Shown here one piece after another: positions 14,461 to 27,998 of a DNA stretch of 53,098 nucleotides. The DNA is taken from NCBI GenBank assembly GCA_000697335.1, contig JNEM01011401.1, forward strand, positions 1 to 53,098, read 5' to 3'. The notes below the pieces were generated by a model. That model ran no database searches and was not told where the DNA came from. It saw only the letters and a list, made by a program, of their open reading frames with translations. Numbering within the stretch: position 1 is the stretch's first letter; the number at the start of each line of letters is the position of its first letter. The position numbers and the translations under genes are program-made. Origin of the DNA: Conidiobolus incongruus B7586 (Eukaryota).

Positions 14461-17400
14461 CTAATTAATATCGAATTCATCGTTGGATTCTTCATTGACT
14501 GAAAATGAATCAATTCTCAATTTTGAAGGAACATCACTTACATGAGGATTAGGGTCTTGAGATGTGGCTCGATTTTGTTGTGCTTTATTTGCCGAGTCAG
14601 GAGTCGATACGCCTGGGGAGGATCCACCACCGTTCATCTCCTTGAACATAGGGCATTTACGATTCGTCTTCATATGACCAAGCTGGCCACAGTTACCACA
14701 CCTTCTGACAAGCTCTTTGCGAGGTTTGTTAGGAAGATGAATGGGAATAGTACCACCAGAGGAGGATTTCTTTATGTCAGCATCAAGATCAGATCGTGCA
14801 ACAATGCTGCTTTTTAGCATATCAAGCCTTTCAAGTGTTTCTGGAGAAGTTGTTGGCGCTCAGTCTCAGCAGTTGGCTGAGTTGAGATGTTTGTTAAAGA
14901 ATCTTCGATAATCTTACGGTTTCGAAGGTGTGCTCGAATAACAGCTGGATTCTTGGCAACTTGTGTTTTCCAAACTAAATTTCCATTGGAATCACGGATT
15001 CTACGTTTAATTATCAGAACCTTATATTTGTGTCTGGCGCTAACTCTAGATAAAACATTTCCGGTAACTGAAACATCATCATCCATAAGGTGCTTTTCAG
15101 ACATGCTCACTGATGGAGAATTGAGCTGATTAGCATTATTAGTTGTACTATTTCTATTATAATAGTCGAATTCCTTTTCATCTTGATCATCCGAGTCGGA
15201 TTCGCTCAATTCAAAATCTGCATCCGAACTTAATGAATTTTTGTGTGCATTCCAAATAAGAGTAATTTCCTCTCTATAAATGTGTTGCTGCTCAGCAGAT
15301 TGTAACGATGTGCACTCTTAGGACGCACTTCACTCTCTGCAAGTTTTTCTTCAGCAAACTCACCTTCTCTTAAGAAAATATCTTTCATGGAAACTCTTAT
15401 TAAATTGAGTCCTTCATCACTTGCAATGGGATCTCCCTCACCATAGAGTCGAAGCATAGCTTTACCTTGATATGCGTTTACAAAATTTCGAGTAGTTATC
15501 CACAGTGCAAGCTGTTCCTTAATATCTAATTTTGACATTGATTCTTCATTTTCATCATCTTCTACAGATCTTCCATAACCAGAATCTTGTAATTGTCGCT
15601 GACCTGCAAGCATACTTTCGTAAAGACATATAGTTTCAGGGGTCAACCTCTGTTTGATCTTTTCTTCATCTGGTAATTCAATTGTTAGCTTTAAACTCCA
15701 TTGTCCAGAGTTACTTCCTGTTCGATGAAATTCAGTAAATTCTTTAAGTCTTTATCTAATTTGAGGTTCAGAGTACTCAGAAAATCTCTTTACAACACTA
15801 GATATTTCGAGACGGTGGAATGAACTCTTTTTAATCAAACGGAATGCAGCTACTTGGAGACGATTTTTTATCGTGGATGTAATTTTTCTAGAATGAGGAC
15901 CTGGTATCTGAGTAACAGGATAGGTTTGACCAGATACATAAATAACCGGAATATTTCTCAAATAATACTTTACTTTGATTTTGAAGGTATGTTTAACTAA
16001 TAAAAAGTCATTAGGTTTAGATTTATGCTGGAACAGTGGAGCTCTGATTAAACCGTTATATAGACAACTAATGGTCTCACCTGGTTCGATATTACCAAAG
16101 TTCAAGAATGGGGTAGCGACTGCTAAATCCAAAATAATGAGTTCACCATAATCCGACTACAATAATTAATAATAACTCAACCATAACAATTAGATTTTAA
16201 ATTACCTCTAGTGCATATTGATCATTACTATTGTTATTAAGATAATAAATTAAAAGTATACTTCCCATATCAGTGTTAGAAAGAATCGGAGGATATTGCT
16301 CCCATTAAAAAATGTTAAAAGATAAGGATAAAAGTTATATAAAATTGCTTAGAGAGTAATCAATTAATACTATATTAGTATTATCCTTCAAAGTCAAATC
16401 CCTACAATTATACATAAATTCATCTTTTGATTTCTTGCCCTTTTTCTTTTTGAAAGAGCGAACTTTGGAAAATGTGATAGGTATTTCTAGAGGGAAATGA
16501 ATTCTAGGACGATGAAAGTTCCTGAGATCGGATTTAGTTAATCGAGTTTTGAAATAAGAGGGGTGTAGCTGTAAAGCAGGTAAGCTGTGCTGGACCATTA
16601 ACATTCCGAAAGTTTGGCGAGCACGTTGATTTTTGACGTCTTTAGTAGCTTCATAGTACAAATCGTTAGATAAGTTATATCGATCCAGTTCTTCAGCCGC
16701 ATAGTCAATATACCAATGAAATTGAGATCCTAAATTAATATGTAAATACAGAATAATTGGATATAAAAGAATAATTGCTCTGTTTCCACCCATCTTCTTA
16801 ACTTTCTTCAAAAGTTTGATACCTCTAGAATCATAATCAGAGTTTTTAGGATTGGAACCACGATCCTCCCTTTTAGCAATAATATCGAAAAGTATATTGC
16901 TATCATTCATGTCCATAGTTAAAGGATAGCACATTTACTAGTAGACTCTTCATCGCAATCTCATACAATTCTTTGATCCCAATCGCCGCCTTCAAGCTCA
17001 TTATTTTGATATTTTAATAGTCGATTCTATAATATCAATTTATTAATTAATGAATATAACAATGATTATGGCAGTTTTACAAATAGAGGTTTATCTGTTT
17101 GTTTTCGTGAAGGTCTTCTGATAAAAAGATTAATTAATTAGAGAATCTAAATCAACTAAATTTATCTAACAGTATCCGCATCCCTTGCAATACTATCCTC
17201 CCAGTTTTCCCAATTTACTAGATATTGGTTATCAGGTAATTGGGTCCCAGGAGGGAAATTTGCAGAAGGAAAAGGTTCAGGCTCTAAATACTAACTAAAA
17301 TCAATACAATGAATATAATAGAAATTATTTTGGTTACCTCTATTTCAGCTTTGGTTGCTTTCTTTTGGGATATTGAAGGTGGGCATAGCTTATCTAAAAT

Positions 17401-18076
17401 CGACTGATATTTTTCTTTAGGGATATAATTAGGGTCATTCATCAGAGTTCGGGTATCCAGAGAATTATTGGACCAGGTACTTTAAATGTATTCAAATCAA
17501 TATTCTTGATATTGTGACCCGCTTTAAATTTCTTTTCTGGAGGCTTCATAAAAAGTGAGCTGAATTTTAAAATTGCATTATTTTCGAAAGTGGGATATAT
17601 CTTTTTAATATCGATTCTAACAATTTCTATTGGTACAGGCTCGCATTTGATGATAAGTTCAGGCTGCTGTGGAGGAGGCGGAGGAGGTTCTTCATCGTCC
17701 TAATTGTCATCTTCGTCAGATAATAAAGGTTTTTTAAACATAGGATCAGCAAATAGGGATTCTGTATTCTTACTATGGGCATCTTGCTTCTTTTCTTTGA
17801 CTTTTTCTTTAGCTAATTCTTAAAAAGTATTATAATCAATAGCATTGGTTGCTGGACGAATTACACTATCCAACATATTACGAGATTTTTGATTTTTTTA
17901 GATTTATCATCCTCATTTTGATCATCTATATCGATGTTGCAAATGTTTCCAAGTAATGGGGCTAGTGAACCATCTCTCATTCTTTCTAAAGTTCCACGCA
18001 ATTCATCATTGAAATCGCCTTCTAAATGTCCCGAATCATCTAAATTACCAAATAAAAATCCTCCCAAATTAGATAT
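14461..18076 (-). pseudogene. TAF1: TFIID subunit TAF1, disabled copy
   Basis: TAND1-like GFLFGNLDDSG, DUF3591 core (NGLIRAPLFQH, PGPHSRKIT, LTPETICLYESM, WITTRNFVNA..QGKAMLRLYGEGDP) and Zn knuckle RRCGNCGQLGHMKTNRKCP. Lesions: apparent start ATG>ATA (18076), in-frame stops (~17820, ~16961 TGA at IVW, 15752 TAA at IRQRLK) and 1-bp frameshifts (~15298, ~14830). Confidence 0.85.
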
Positions 18077-18890
18077 ATAGGGATATATATTACTTTTTGT
18101 TGATTAATACTAATGTTTTTTAAAATATTATACTGTTATTCACTAGTTAGGTGTAATTACTCGATCAATATCTATTATTATGTTCATTTATTATTATTTT
18201 AATTATAGGATTTGGTTCAATTAAACTAGATTGGAATAAAGTTTAAATTTCTATTATATATAAATCTTGTATGAATAGGTTTCTTACATATTATTTTTAA
18301 TCAATTACATATTTTACATATAAATATTTCTAAAGTTAGTTTGATGATATAATCTATTTAATTATTACTTATTCAAATATTTTGATCTTTCACTGTAAGT
18401 GTAATTTCATCATCTTTTTAAATATAGACTATGACAAATTATCACTCGAAGGATATTTCAGAAAATCAAAGTCTGATACCAAATTAATTCAATGTCAAAT
18501 AGAATATAATGATAAACTTTAATTAATATCATCATAATTCACTAGAATATTTTTGATTTTGCTGATAAATAAACTGAACAAAAATCAAGTTATACACTAA
18601 GTTAAATTACTCATTGGATGTGATTTGATATTATAATTTGATTAAGCCAATATTTTCTACTTGTAAATTCATCTGATATATTTAAATTATATTTAATAGT
18701 ATCAGTTTAATTTTTAGTTTAACTTTAATACTATAAAAAAAGTGTATTACACTGTCAAGTTATTGATTTTAATGATGTTGAAAATACATAATTCAAATAT
18801 TTATTTACTATAAGAAATAATATATATTACTCATTAATTAATAAAACATATATCAACATTTTATATACACAAATAGTAATTAATAAATAC

Positions 18891-20168
18891 TTAAGCCTTG
18901 AATCCAGAAACCAGTCCAATATCTCTTGTAGCCCAATAAGTGGGTGGAGCAGGTTCTTTTCTTTCGAGTTCAATACCGTCTTTGAATGTATGTAAGTTGA
19001 ATAATTTAAAATCTCCTTTACGAATAATCTGAGCATTGTCACCATATTCAAAAGATCCTTTTTCAAGTTTAAAAACGGCAATATCGGCTGGTCCTCCTTC
19101 ATGAAGGTAACCAAGATGAGGAACTTTGAGGATATTAGCAGGAGCAACTGTAGCTTTATGGATAACATCTTCCAGTTTGAGTCCCATTTGAAGGAATTTA
19201 GAGAGAACATTGGGAAGATTTTGAGCAGCACCAAGTACAGATACTTGATGAAGGTTAGAACTGATTACATCTGGGTAGAATCCAAGTCTGGTAACATTTT
19301 CTGCTACTGGATAGTTGAAACTACCACCACCATGGCCTACATCGAAGATAATTCCATTTTTACGCATTTCTTGAGCTAATGGTAAGATCTGAGAATCTTG
19401 AGTAAGAATCTTGTTTGCGAATGGAGAAAACATATGGGTCAAGATATCTCCAGATTTCATGTAAGGGACAATGTCAGAAAGATATGGAGGTCCATGACCA
19501 ATGTGAACCATTATGGGAACATTAGCTTTATCAGCTGCTTCTCTTGCACGCTTAAGACCTTCAATATCACTAGGTCCAGTAGCGTCAGTATCCATTCGGA
19601 CTTTAATACCCTTAATGATGTCAGTGTTGTTCTTAATTGTTGCCACTGTAATTTCGACATCGACAACCTCTTTTACATTGTGAAGTTCTCCAGTTCTTGC
19701 AGTTAAGCCCGTTCCAGCAATATGAAGGAAAGCAAATGCATTCACTGCACTTGTTCTTGCTACTCCATATTTGAATCCAGTAAAAGTATATGCTCCGCTA
19801 CTTCCAGCATCACTCCATGTGGTGACTCAAGAGCGTGCAGCATAAGGATCAGATTGGATACCCCAATAAGTTGAACCATAATAGACGTGAGTATGAAGAT
19901 CAATAAGACCAGGTGTAATAATAAGATTACTAGCATTGAATTTAACCAAGTTGTCAGTAGGAGGATTCCAAGTTCCTGGAGGGAAGATTTTATTTACTTT
20001 GCCATCTTTCACGTATATGTTTTGCAATTTGGAAGTTTTAGTTAGTGTATCAATCACAGTCCCACCTTCAAATAAGAGGCCGATATTACAGTGAGGATAG
20101 GTAGAGCAGTGGGTTTTAGTCTGTCCCGTTGAAATCAATAAACTGAATATTAATGAAGGTAAATTCAT
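18891..20168 (-). pseudogene. Intronless amidohydrolase/deacetylase-family metallohydrolase (bacterial 'dihydroorotase-like' type) with a single in-frame TGA
   Basis: ORFs 19827-20243 and 18891-19745 are in one frame: PGLIDLHTHVY ... YAARS*VTTWSDAGSSG ... GIKVR ... IMVHIG ... GDILTH ... FDVGHGGGSF ... PDVISSNLH ... PADIAVF. TGA at 19827-19829 occupies the Gly of GVTT. Hydrophobic N-terminus MNLPSLIFSLLISTG. Could alternatively be a base-call error in an intact gene. Confidence 0.8.
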
Positions 20169-20528
20169 ATTGATACAGGTATAATTAGATGATATATTCA
20201 AAAATAAATAATTTGATGGTATACTGGATGGAGAATAAATCATGTATTTATAGTATAATCAATCATTGAAATGAACTAAAAAGAATAATAGAATTTAACT
20301 CCAGATACTCTTATTATAATGAGGCACCATGATACATATTAGGCAATTTTCAATTGTTAATAATCATAATATCTTCAACCAACAATACAGTCAATTTTTA
20401 CTGATTGAAAACCTTCTAAATCAATCAAATCAGCTCATGTAAAATTTCATTTACACATATAAAATCTGAAACCACATTAATTTAAATTTTAATTTTAATT
20501 ATTAGCAAAAGTAAAAAATAGCATATAA

Positions 20529-20746
20529 TATAACAGGGTCAATGTATATATGTTGTTTCAATGTAAACAGTGTGGGAAAAAAGTCCTTGTTTATTTGGTA
20601 ATGGTTCCCTTATTTATATATAAGAGTTGGTAAGGGTTCAAAGATAAAATAAGACAAGATAAGATCAAATAAATAAAGAGATAAGATAAAGCAAGCAGAT
20701 ATGATTGATATGTTATGATGATGATAAAGTAATCTAATCTATAACA
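20529..20746 (-). repeat. 3' LTR of family B (218 bp)
   Basis: Direct repeat of 32429-32645 (shared atgtaaacagtgtgggaaaa, gatatgattgatatgttatga). Confidence 0.9.
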
Positions 20747-22678
20747 CTCCCCTTAGATTAAAGTGTTTTTATTAGGAGACACTCTAATCTTTAGATGTTT
20801 CTCAGCATAAATATAATAGGCATTGGTTTTTTAATATTATTATAGCATTCCCAAGTAGCTTCATTTTTAGGGTATCTTTTCTATTGGATAAGGTATAGAT
20901 TTTAATTATAATAGTATTTATAGCTGAGGATTTTATTGACAATGAAAGGATAATCATGTTAGTTACTTTAAGAAAGTGGTTTACAATATTTACATCTTTA
21001 GTTATTAGGGTATAATAATAGGTTATGGTATAGTTTTAATATACTAGCATAGAATGTAGGATGAATTTTCATTTCTTGAGGTAAATCTAAAGTGTAAGTG
21101 TTAAGGTGATTTCTTTTATCTATAACAAAATAAGGTTTAAGCTAGTTTAGTTTTAATTTAAAGTTAGGTTATTTCTTATCATAAGGAAATTTAATTCCAT
21201 CTGTTTTAACCATTACTAGTGTTTTAAGTGAATAATTTTTGATATAACAATAGTGTTTGTTATAATACTTAGCTTGTTTATTTTGTATGTAGGTGATTTT
21301 TTCTTGTGCAAGTACTAATAATATATTATGGTGTTTAAGAAAGTTAATTGAGATTTAGGTAGTTGGGTTATTAAATCTTATTATTATTAAAACTTCAGGG
21401 TGATAACTATAAGTTAAGTAAAATAAAGTTATCTTAGTAAATGAGTTAACAAAATTATTAAAGGTAAATTCTAAAAGGGGTAGTATTTGTTTCCAATTAG
21501 TTATATTATGTTTGAGGTATAGTTTTAAAGCTTCTTTAACTATGTAGATATATTTTTCTAACTATTTATTAATTTGTTGATGTTAGGAAGAATTAGGATT
21601 ATTTTAGCAATTAAGTAGTTTTATAAAAGTAACCTAAAATTTAAAAATAAAGTAGATATCATAGTTTGTTATAATAGTGTGAGGAAGTTTATAATATTAA
21701 AATATATACTAGACAAATAGTTTAACAACTTCTTTAGTGTTTATTTTATACTTTACTGGGATTAGATATAGTATTTTTGTGAGTTGATCAATAATAATCA
21801 TAATACTATTATAATCTATGTTAAACTTTAGTATATCAGCAAAATCTATAGTGATATCTTTTTAGTATTGTTTAAAGATAGGTAAAGAGTTTAAAGTTTC
21901 AAGAGGTAATTGGTTATTAGTTTTGTTATGTTAGCATTTATTACAAGAGAGTATATATTTCTTAACTTTAGCTTTAATACATAACCAGTAAAAATTTTAT
22001 GCTACTTTTTTATAGGTTCTTAACTAACTTTAGTAACTATTAGTTATATTATTATAATATATAGCAAGGATTTTAACTTTGATATCTGGGATATTAGGGA
22101 CATAGATATAAAATTGATAGTAAAGGAGATTATTGAGGAATTTGTAGTGTTTCATATATTATAAAACTTTAACTATATTTGTTTTATTAAGTAAAGATTT
22201 AATAGTTTTAAACTAATCATCATAATTTAAAGTAGACTTTATATCTTAAAATAAGTTAAATCTATAGTTGATAGTAATGTTGTTTAATTAAATAATGGGA
22301 TTTTTATATTTTAAGCACAAAGGTACATAATTAATTCTTCTAGAAAATAAGTTAGTGATATTATTATAAGCTTCTTTAATGTATTTTATTTTAAGATTAA
22401 ATTTTTAAATATAGTTAATATAGTTGATTTGTTGTTTATTTAAATTTTTTTAATTATAGATATAAATAAAAAAATAGTAATTAGTTAAGGTGTAGATAAA
22501 GTTAGAGGATAAGTATAAACAAAAATATTTTAAGCACTTAATTAATACAAATAACTTTTATTTATATACTAGGTAGTTGTATTCTACAGGTAATATTTTG
22601 TGTAAATAAAAAACAATAGGTAAAGTTTAATAATATCAAGTAAAAATTTAGTGATATTCACTCCCCTCTCAACACTAT

Positions 22679-22879
22679 TATACTAGATATTTATTAGATT
22701 TATTAGACTAATAGAGTAGAGTTAAAGTGTAGAAGAAGCTAAACCAAGAAAAGTTAATCAATAAACTAATTATACTAGTGTTTACCTGTTGTAGAAGATT
22801 ATATTATTTAACTATTTATAAGAGAATAATTTATGTTATAATTTATAAGAATTCTAAAGATAATTATAAATCTATAACA
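22679..22879 (-). repeat. 3' LTR of family A copy 2 (201 bp)
   Basis: Matches the other three family A LTRs; followed by PPT complement ctccctttaaa. Confidence 0.9.
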
Positions 22880-25800
22880 CTCCCTTTAAACTTTACTTTA
22901 ATAGAGTAAAGTCTTTCTTTAAAATGATTATGATTGTTTACTAAGAAATTTTCTAAAAACTTTAAGATGTTTAATAAATACTTTATTCTCCTAAATAACT
23001 TTATTGGGAAGATAACCTTGCTAGTGTATAAGGTATTTATTTTAATTTTAGTGGTTCTTATAAGTTATAATTTTATCAACAACATATATCTTATACTATA
23101 AGTTGATAGAAAAAGGTTGTAAGTATATAGTATATTTAGGAAAATATTCTCTAGGATTTTAATATAACTTTAACAACTTTATATAGAAAACAAGGTGAAT
23201 TTATAAGTTAAGAGGTAAGAATAATTCATATATATCTAGATATAGTTTTTTATCTTTAATAAAATAAAGTTTTAATTATTTAAGTAATAGTTTATTAGTA
23301 GGTTAACTAAAGTTTTAAGGTAAATTAATTCTATCTGAAGATAATAATATTAAAGTATTAAGAGATAGAGTTAAAGTAGGTTAGGTATTTAAATTATAAT
23401 AATAAACTTGTTTATCTAAGATAAAGAAAATATAGCTTTAAGCTATAAATAGTAAAAAACACATATACTCTATAAAGTTTATAATATTAAATAAAATATC
23501 AATATTAAATGTTACATTTACAATTAAAGTAGGATATTAGTTATAATTCAAGTAAAATAGTGTTATACTAGTGGATAAGTTAATTAAATCATTAAAAGCA
23601 AATTTAAATAGAGGTAAATTCTCAACCTAATTTTCTATGTTATAATTAAAGTAAAATTTAAGTGTTTCTTTTAAAACACAAATAGCTTACTTAAATTAAC
23701 CATTAAATTATTGATAATAAGAGGTTATAAGGTTGTGTTAACAACTTAACAATTTTATAAGTGAAGACTAAAATTTATTTATAAATTTTATATCATAGTC
23801 TGTTATAATAGTTAATGGGAGCTTATAATATCTAAAGATATTCTTAATGAATAATTTAGTGATAGTTTCTAAATTAGCTTTTTTATTAGTTAGTATAAAA
23901 TATACTATTTTTGTAAATAATCTATGATAATAAAAATATAGTTGAAACTATTTAAGGTTTGTAATACTTTAGTGAAATCTATAGTAATATCAAACCAACA
24001 AGTTTAGGGAATAAGTAATAGGTTAAGATTACCAAAAAGGAATTGATTAAGAGGTTTATTAACATAATATTAATCACAAGAGCAAATATACTTCTGTATA
24101 TTTTTTTCTATATTATGTTAGTAAAAGTTATAAAAAGGTTTATAATATGTATAAAGTTAACTTTAATGGTTTAAAATAATAAAGTTATGATAAAAGTTTA
24201 ACAGTTATAATTTAATACTTGGGACATTAAAAACACAGATACATAAATTATAATAAAATAGGTTATTGTTATATAAATAATGTTTTATATAAGCTATGGT
24301 AGAAGTATTCAAGTTATAAATGTGGTTAATGATTTTTAAAGTATAATCATCACTAAAAAGTGTATTGTAAATATTATTTTCTATAGTTAACTAAAATTAT
24401 TCTAAAAAAACATTGTTTAACTTAATATAAGCTAATTTACACTTATTACAAATAAAGGTATAATTAAAATATCTAGAGATAAAATCAACAAGAATATTAA
24501 ATTTTCCTTTGATATAATAAACATATAGGTTAAATTCTTAAAGAAATTTAGTCTATAAAAACTAATGTTTAAATAAATAAAGTTGATTGTTAATCTATAT
24601 AATAGATTTGTAATCTGTGAGCATATAGATAAATTAACCTAGTATATAATAACAGAAATATTTAAGGTATTTGATAATAGCAAAAAGTTTTTATTTATAA
24701 ACTAGGTAGTTTATTTCTATAAGAGTTATTTTACAAGAATAAAATATTATGTGATAGAGGTTAAAATGTTTCAAATCTAATAATTTAAGTATTACTCCCT
24801 TCTTAACTTAATTTAAACAAGTAATATTATAATTTAAGGAATTAGGTTAACTTAACCAGCTATTAATAATAAAGCTAGAAGTATCTGTGAATAAGATTAT
24901 TAGTAATAAAAGGTTAAAACTATAAAGTACAAGGGTATTATTAATAATATTAATAATTGTTGAACAGGTAAAATATTCTAAAGGAGTTTATATCTATAAA
25001 AATAATTTATAAAGTAGGTTAGTTAATAGTAGGATATTTTTTATATAACTATCAATAAAATCCTTGAAATAGTTTTCTATATCTAAAAATAACATAAGGG
25101 AATGTTTATTAATAGGGATAGGTTAAGATTATATAGCTTTAATTTTATCTAGATCAACTTTAATTCTATCAGAAGATATAACATAATCACAAAATAAAAC
25201 TTCTGAAATAACAAAATAATATTTTAATAATTTGATAAATATTAAGTATTTATAAAAGATTTAAAAGATATACTTAATATGTTTTTAATATTATAATAAA
25301 GTTTTAAAAAATACTAGAACATCATCAAGATATAAAATAACAAAGATATCTTAAGTTTTAAAGAAAATTATATTCATTAAACAAGTTAATATAATAAGAA
25401 TATTATATAGTTTAAATAATAGAATTGTAAATTTAAAATAACTATAACAGGTATTAAATATAGTTAAAAGGATTAAATCAAGGTGTATAACTATATTATA
25501 GTATTTGTTACATATATCTAACTTGGTAAAATAATTACAACTTAAGATTTAATTATGTAATTTTAATAAGTTAGGTAGTAGTGTATAAATTTTAATAGTT
25601 ATTTTATTCAAGATATAGAAATCAACATAAAATCTTAAACCTCTATTTTTCTTTTTAATAAATAAAATAAAAAATCCTTATAAAGAAGTAGAAGGACAAA
25701 TGTAACTTTTTTCTAAAAGTTAAACAATAGTATCTTTTAGTAATTTATTTTCTTCAGCAGATATATAATAAATTAAATAATAAATAAGAGTAAAACTAAA

Positions 25801-27797
25801 AGTTAACTTAATTTTATAAACTATATTTTTCTTTAAAGGGAGTAAATCTTAAAGTTAGAAAATATCTGAATATGACATTACTATATTATATAATAGGTTA
25901 TTTAAAGATATAGAGTTGAAATTAAAATTGTTGGAGTTTAATTAAAGTGTAATTAAGTTAACAAAAATTATACTAGAAGATATAAAATCAGTAGTAAATA
26001 ATTGTTTAGTGAATGTTTTATAAGATATAACAATAGAATTAAGTTTGATAACAGGAGTTAATTTATAGTTAGCAAGAAAATTAAAGCAAGAATTATCTAG
26101 AGTTTATAATATAACAATAATAGTTTAAATAATAGTAATAAGGGTAGATTTATGATAGAAATAAAAGATAAATTTTTATTAAAGTTATTAATAGTAAATA
26201 AAGTATATAATTTAATTTAATCTATACTTAAGATAATATTATAGTTAATTAAAACACTTACTAAAGAAATATCTTTGTTGTATTTTAGGGATAAAGATAA
26301 AAAACTCTTAACTAAACTATTACTTTAATATTTAAATTTATCAGCTAATATTATAAAGATAATAAATTGATTTTTTAGTAGATAGAGTTTATTAGCTAAA
26401 GTGCTATTAATTAAGTATTTAATAGCATTTGTATTAATCAAAACATTAATTTTATAAATATTAATACTACCTTTAACAACAAAAGAAAAAGGGTTAACAT
26501 AAGGTGAATTATTAGGATATAAGATATACTTGGTAAACAATAGTTAGATTGAGTTTATTTTGTTATATTTATTATTATCATAGTTACCAAGTTTAAAATG
26601 CTTTAAAGGATAATCTTTAGCAATATGATTAACATGTGTATAACAGTAATAAAAACATCTATTCTGTTCTTTCAAGAAATTCTTGATTTTAGGATTTAAT
26701 GTTTTACCTTATATAATATAAACAGTGGATTTTTTAACTTAAGCTGAATTAATAATCATGTGATTAAAATTAGAGTTATGTGTAGAAGGTAACTTAGGGG
26801 CAATTTTCAAATTATATGTGTGATTATCTAAGATTTAGTTTAAACATTAGTTAAAGCATATAGTGCTTTTAATCAACAATATTTTATTATACACATTTTC
26901 AAATCTATTAAGTTTGATATTAATTTAGGATGCTAATAAGCTAGTGATATATGGTTTAAGTTTTTCTAAAAAGATAATATTATGTTAATATTCTAAAATA
27001 AATGATAACTAAATCTTAACATATTTTAAAACATCAATAAATTCTTAATAAAACTAGTTTGTTTTATATAAATATGTTTCAAAAAATTTCTAAAGATGTT
27101 AGCAACTAGAGTGAAGAAAAATCTTAACTAGGAAATCAACATGTTAAAAAAAATAATACATTTGATAGGTTATTCACTAGAAGATAATTTAGGATTATTT
27201 TAATTGTGTTTGTTTTACTAATCTCTTATAGTATTAGTTAAATAAGAGACAGTGATACTTACCTTATCATTTTTATTAAACTAGCAATGTTAGAAATAAT
27301 CTCAGAATAATAATTTATATATATTAAGTTTAAGTAAAGAGTATTCACCATTAAACTATTTTAAATTTTCCTAGAAGACCTTTTGAATAGGAGTTTCACT
27401 ATAATTTAGATTGATTGGTTTTTAAAGAGTAAGAGGAGAATAACATTGGTTCACCAACTTTTAGAATATATAAGCTTGATTTAAATAATCTAATCTGAAG
27501 AAAAGTTCATTTAAACTATTATCTTTGTTAATTAAATCCCTAAGTATAATAAATTAAAGTTGCTAAGTGGTTGTATCTTAAACATTAGTAAATTCTTCTA
27601 AGAGAGTTATCATCACAAGTTATAATACTAGTAAAATTAAACTAGGGTATAAGAAACAAAGAATAGGATAGGAAAAAAAAAAACAGAAAATAAGAGAAAA
27701 ACAAGAACATGAAACAAGAACTAACAAGATATAAAACTAAGGAAAATATCTAAACTAGACAAGAATTAAAAAGAATATAGTAATCTCATTACTATTA

Positions 27798-27998
27798 TAT
27801 ACTAGATGCTTACTAGATTTATTAAACTAATAGAATAAAGTTAAGGTATAGAAAAAGCTAAACCAAAAAAGGTTAATTAATAAATTAACTACACTAACAT
27901 CTACCTACTATAGAAGGTTATATTATCTAACTATTTATAAGAGAATAATTTATGTTATGATTTATAAGAATTTTAAATATAGTTATAAATTTATGACA
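27798..27998 (-). repeat. 5' LTR of family A copy 2 (201 bp)
   Basis: Matches the other three family A LTRs; ends tatgaca. Confidence 0.9.

Larger units (their letters stand above)
22679..27998 (-). mobile_element. Ty3/Gypsy chromovirus family A copy 2, nested in the RNase H region of family B
   Basis: Colinear with 640-5947 over its whole length; 201-bp LTRs 22679-22879 and 27798-27998; TSD ACTAT (22674-22678) / ATTAT (27999-28003). Intact YLDDVLV at ~25312-25332; protease relic VLINTNA (=LIDTGA) in ORF 26325-26540. Confidence 0.92.

Noticed and set aside
14461..18076. TAA/TAG reassigned to Gln explaining the TAF1 stops
   Set aside because: Frameshifts and a TGA co-occur, and many intact genes here terminate with TAA or TAG.
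19827..19829. TGA as selenocysteine or alternative-code Gly/Trp in the amidohydrolase
   Set aside because: The position corresponds to the conserved Gly of GVTT, not Cys; SRP9 and the WD40 gene use TGA as a normal stop; I could not identify a SECIS-like element.
640..27998. The 5.3-kb repeat as an assembly duplication or as organellar/viral DNA
   Set aside because: The copies are substantially diverged, have distinct TSDs and flanks, and carry Ty3/Gypsy domains; the AT richness is explained by transitions.
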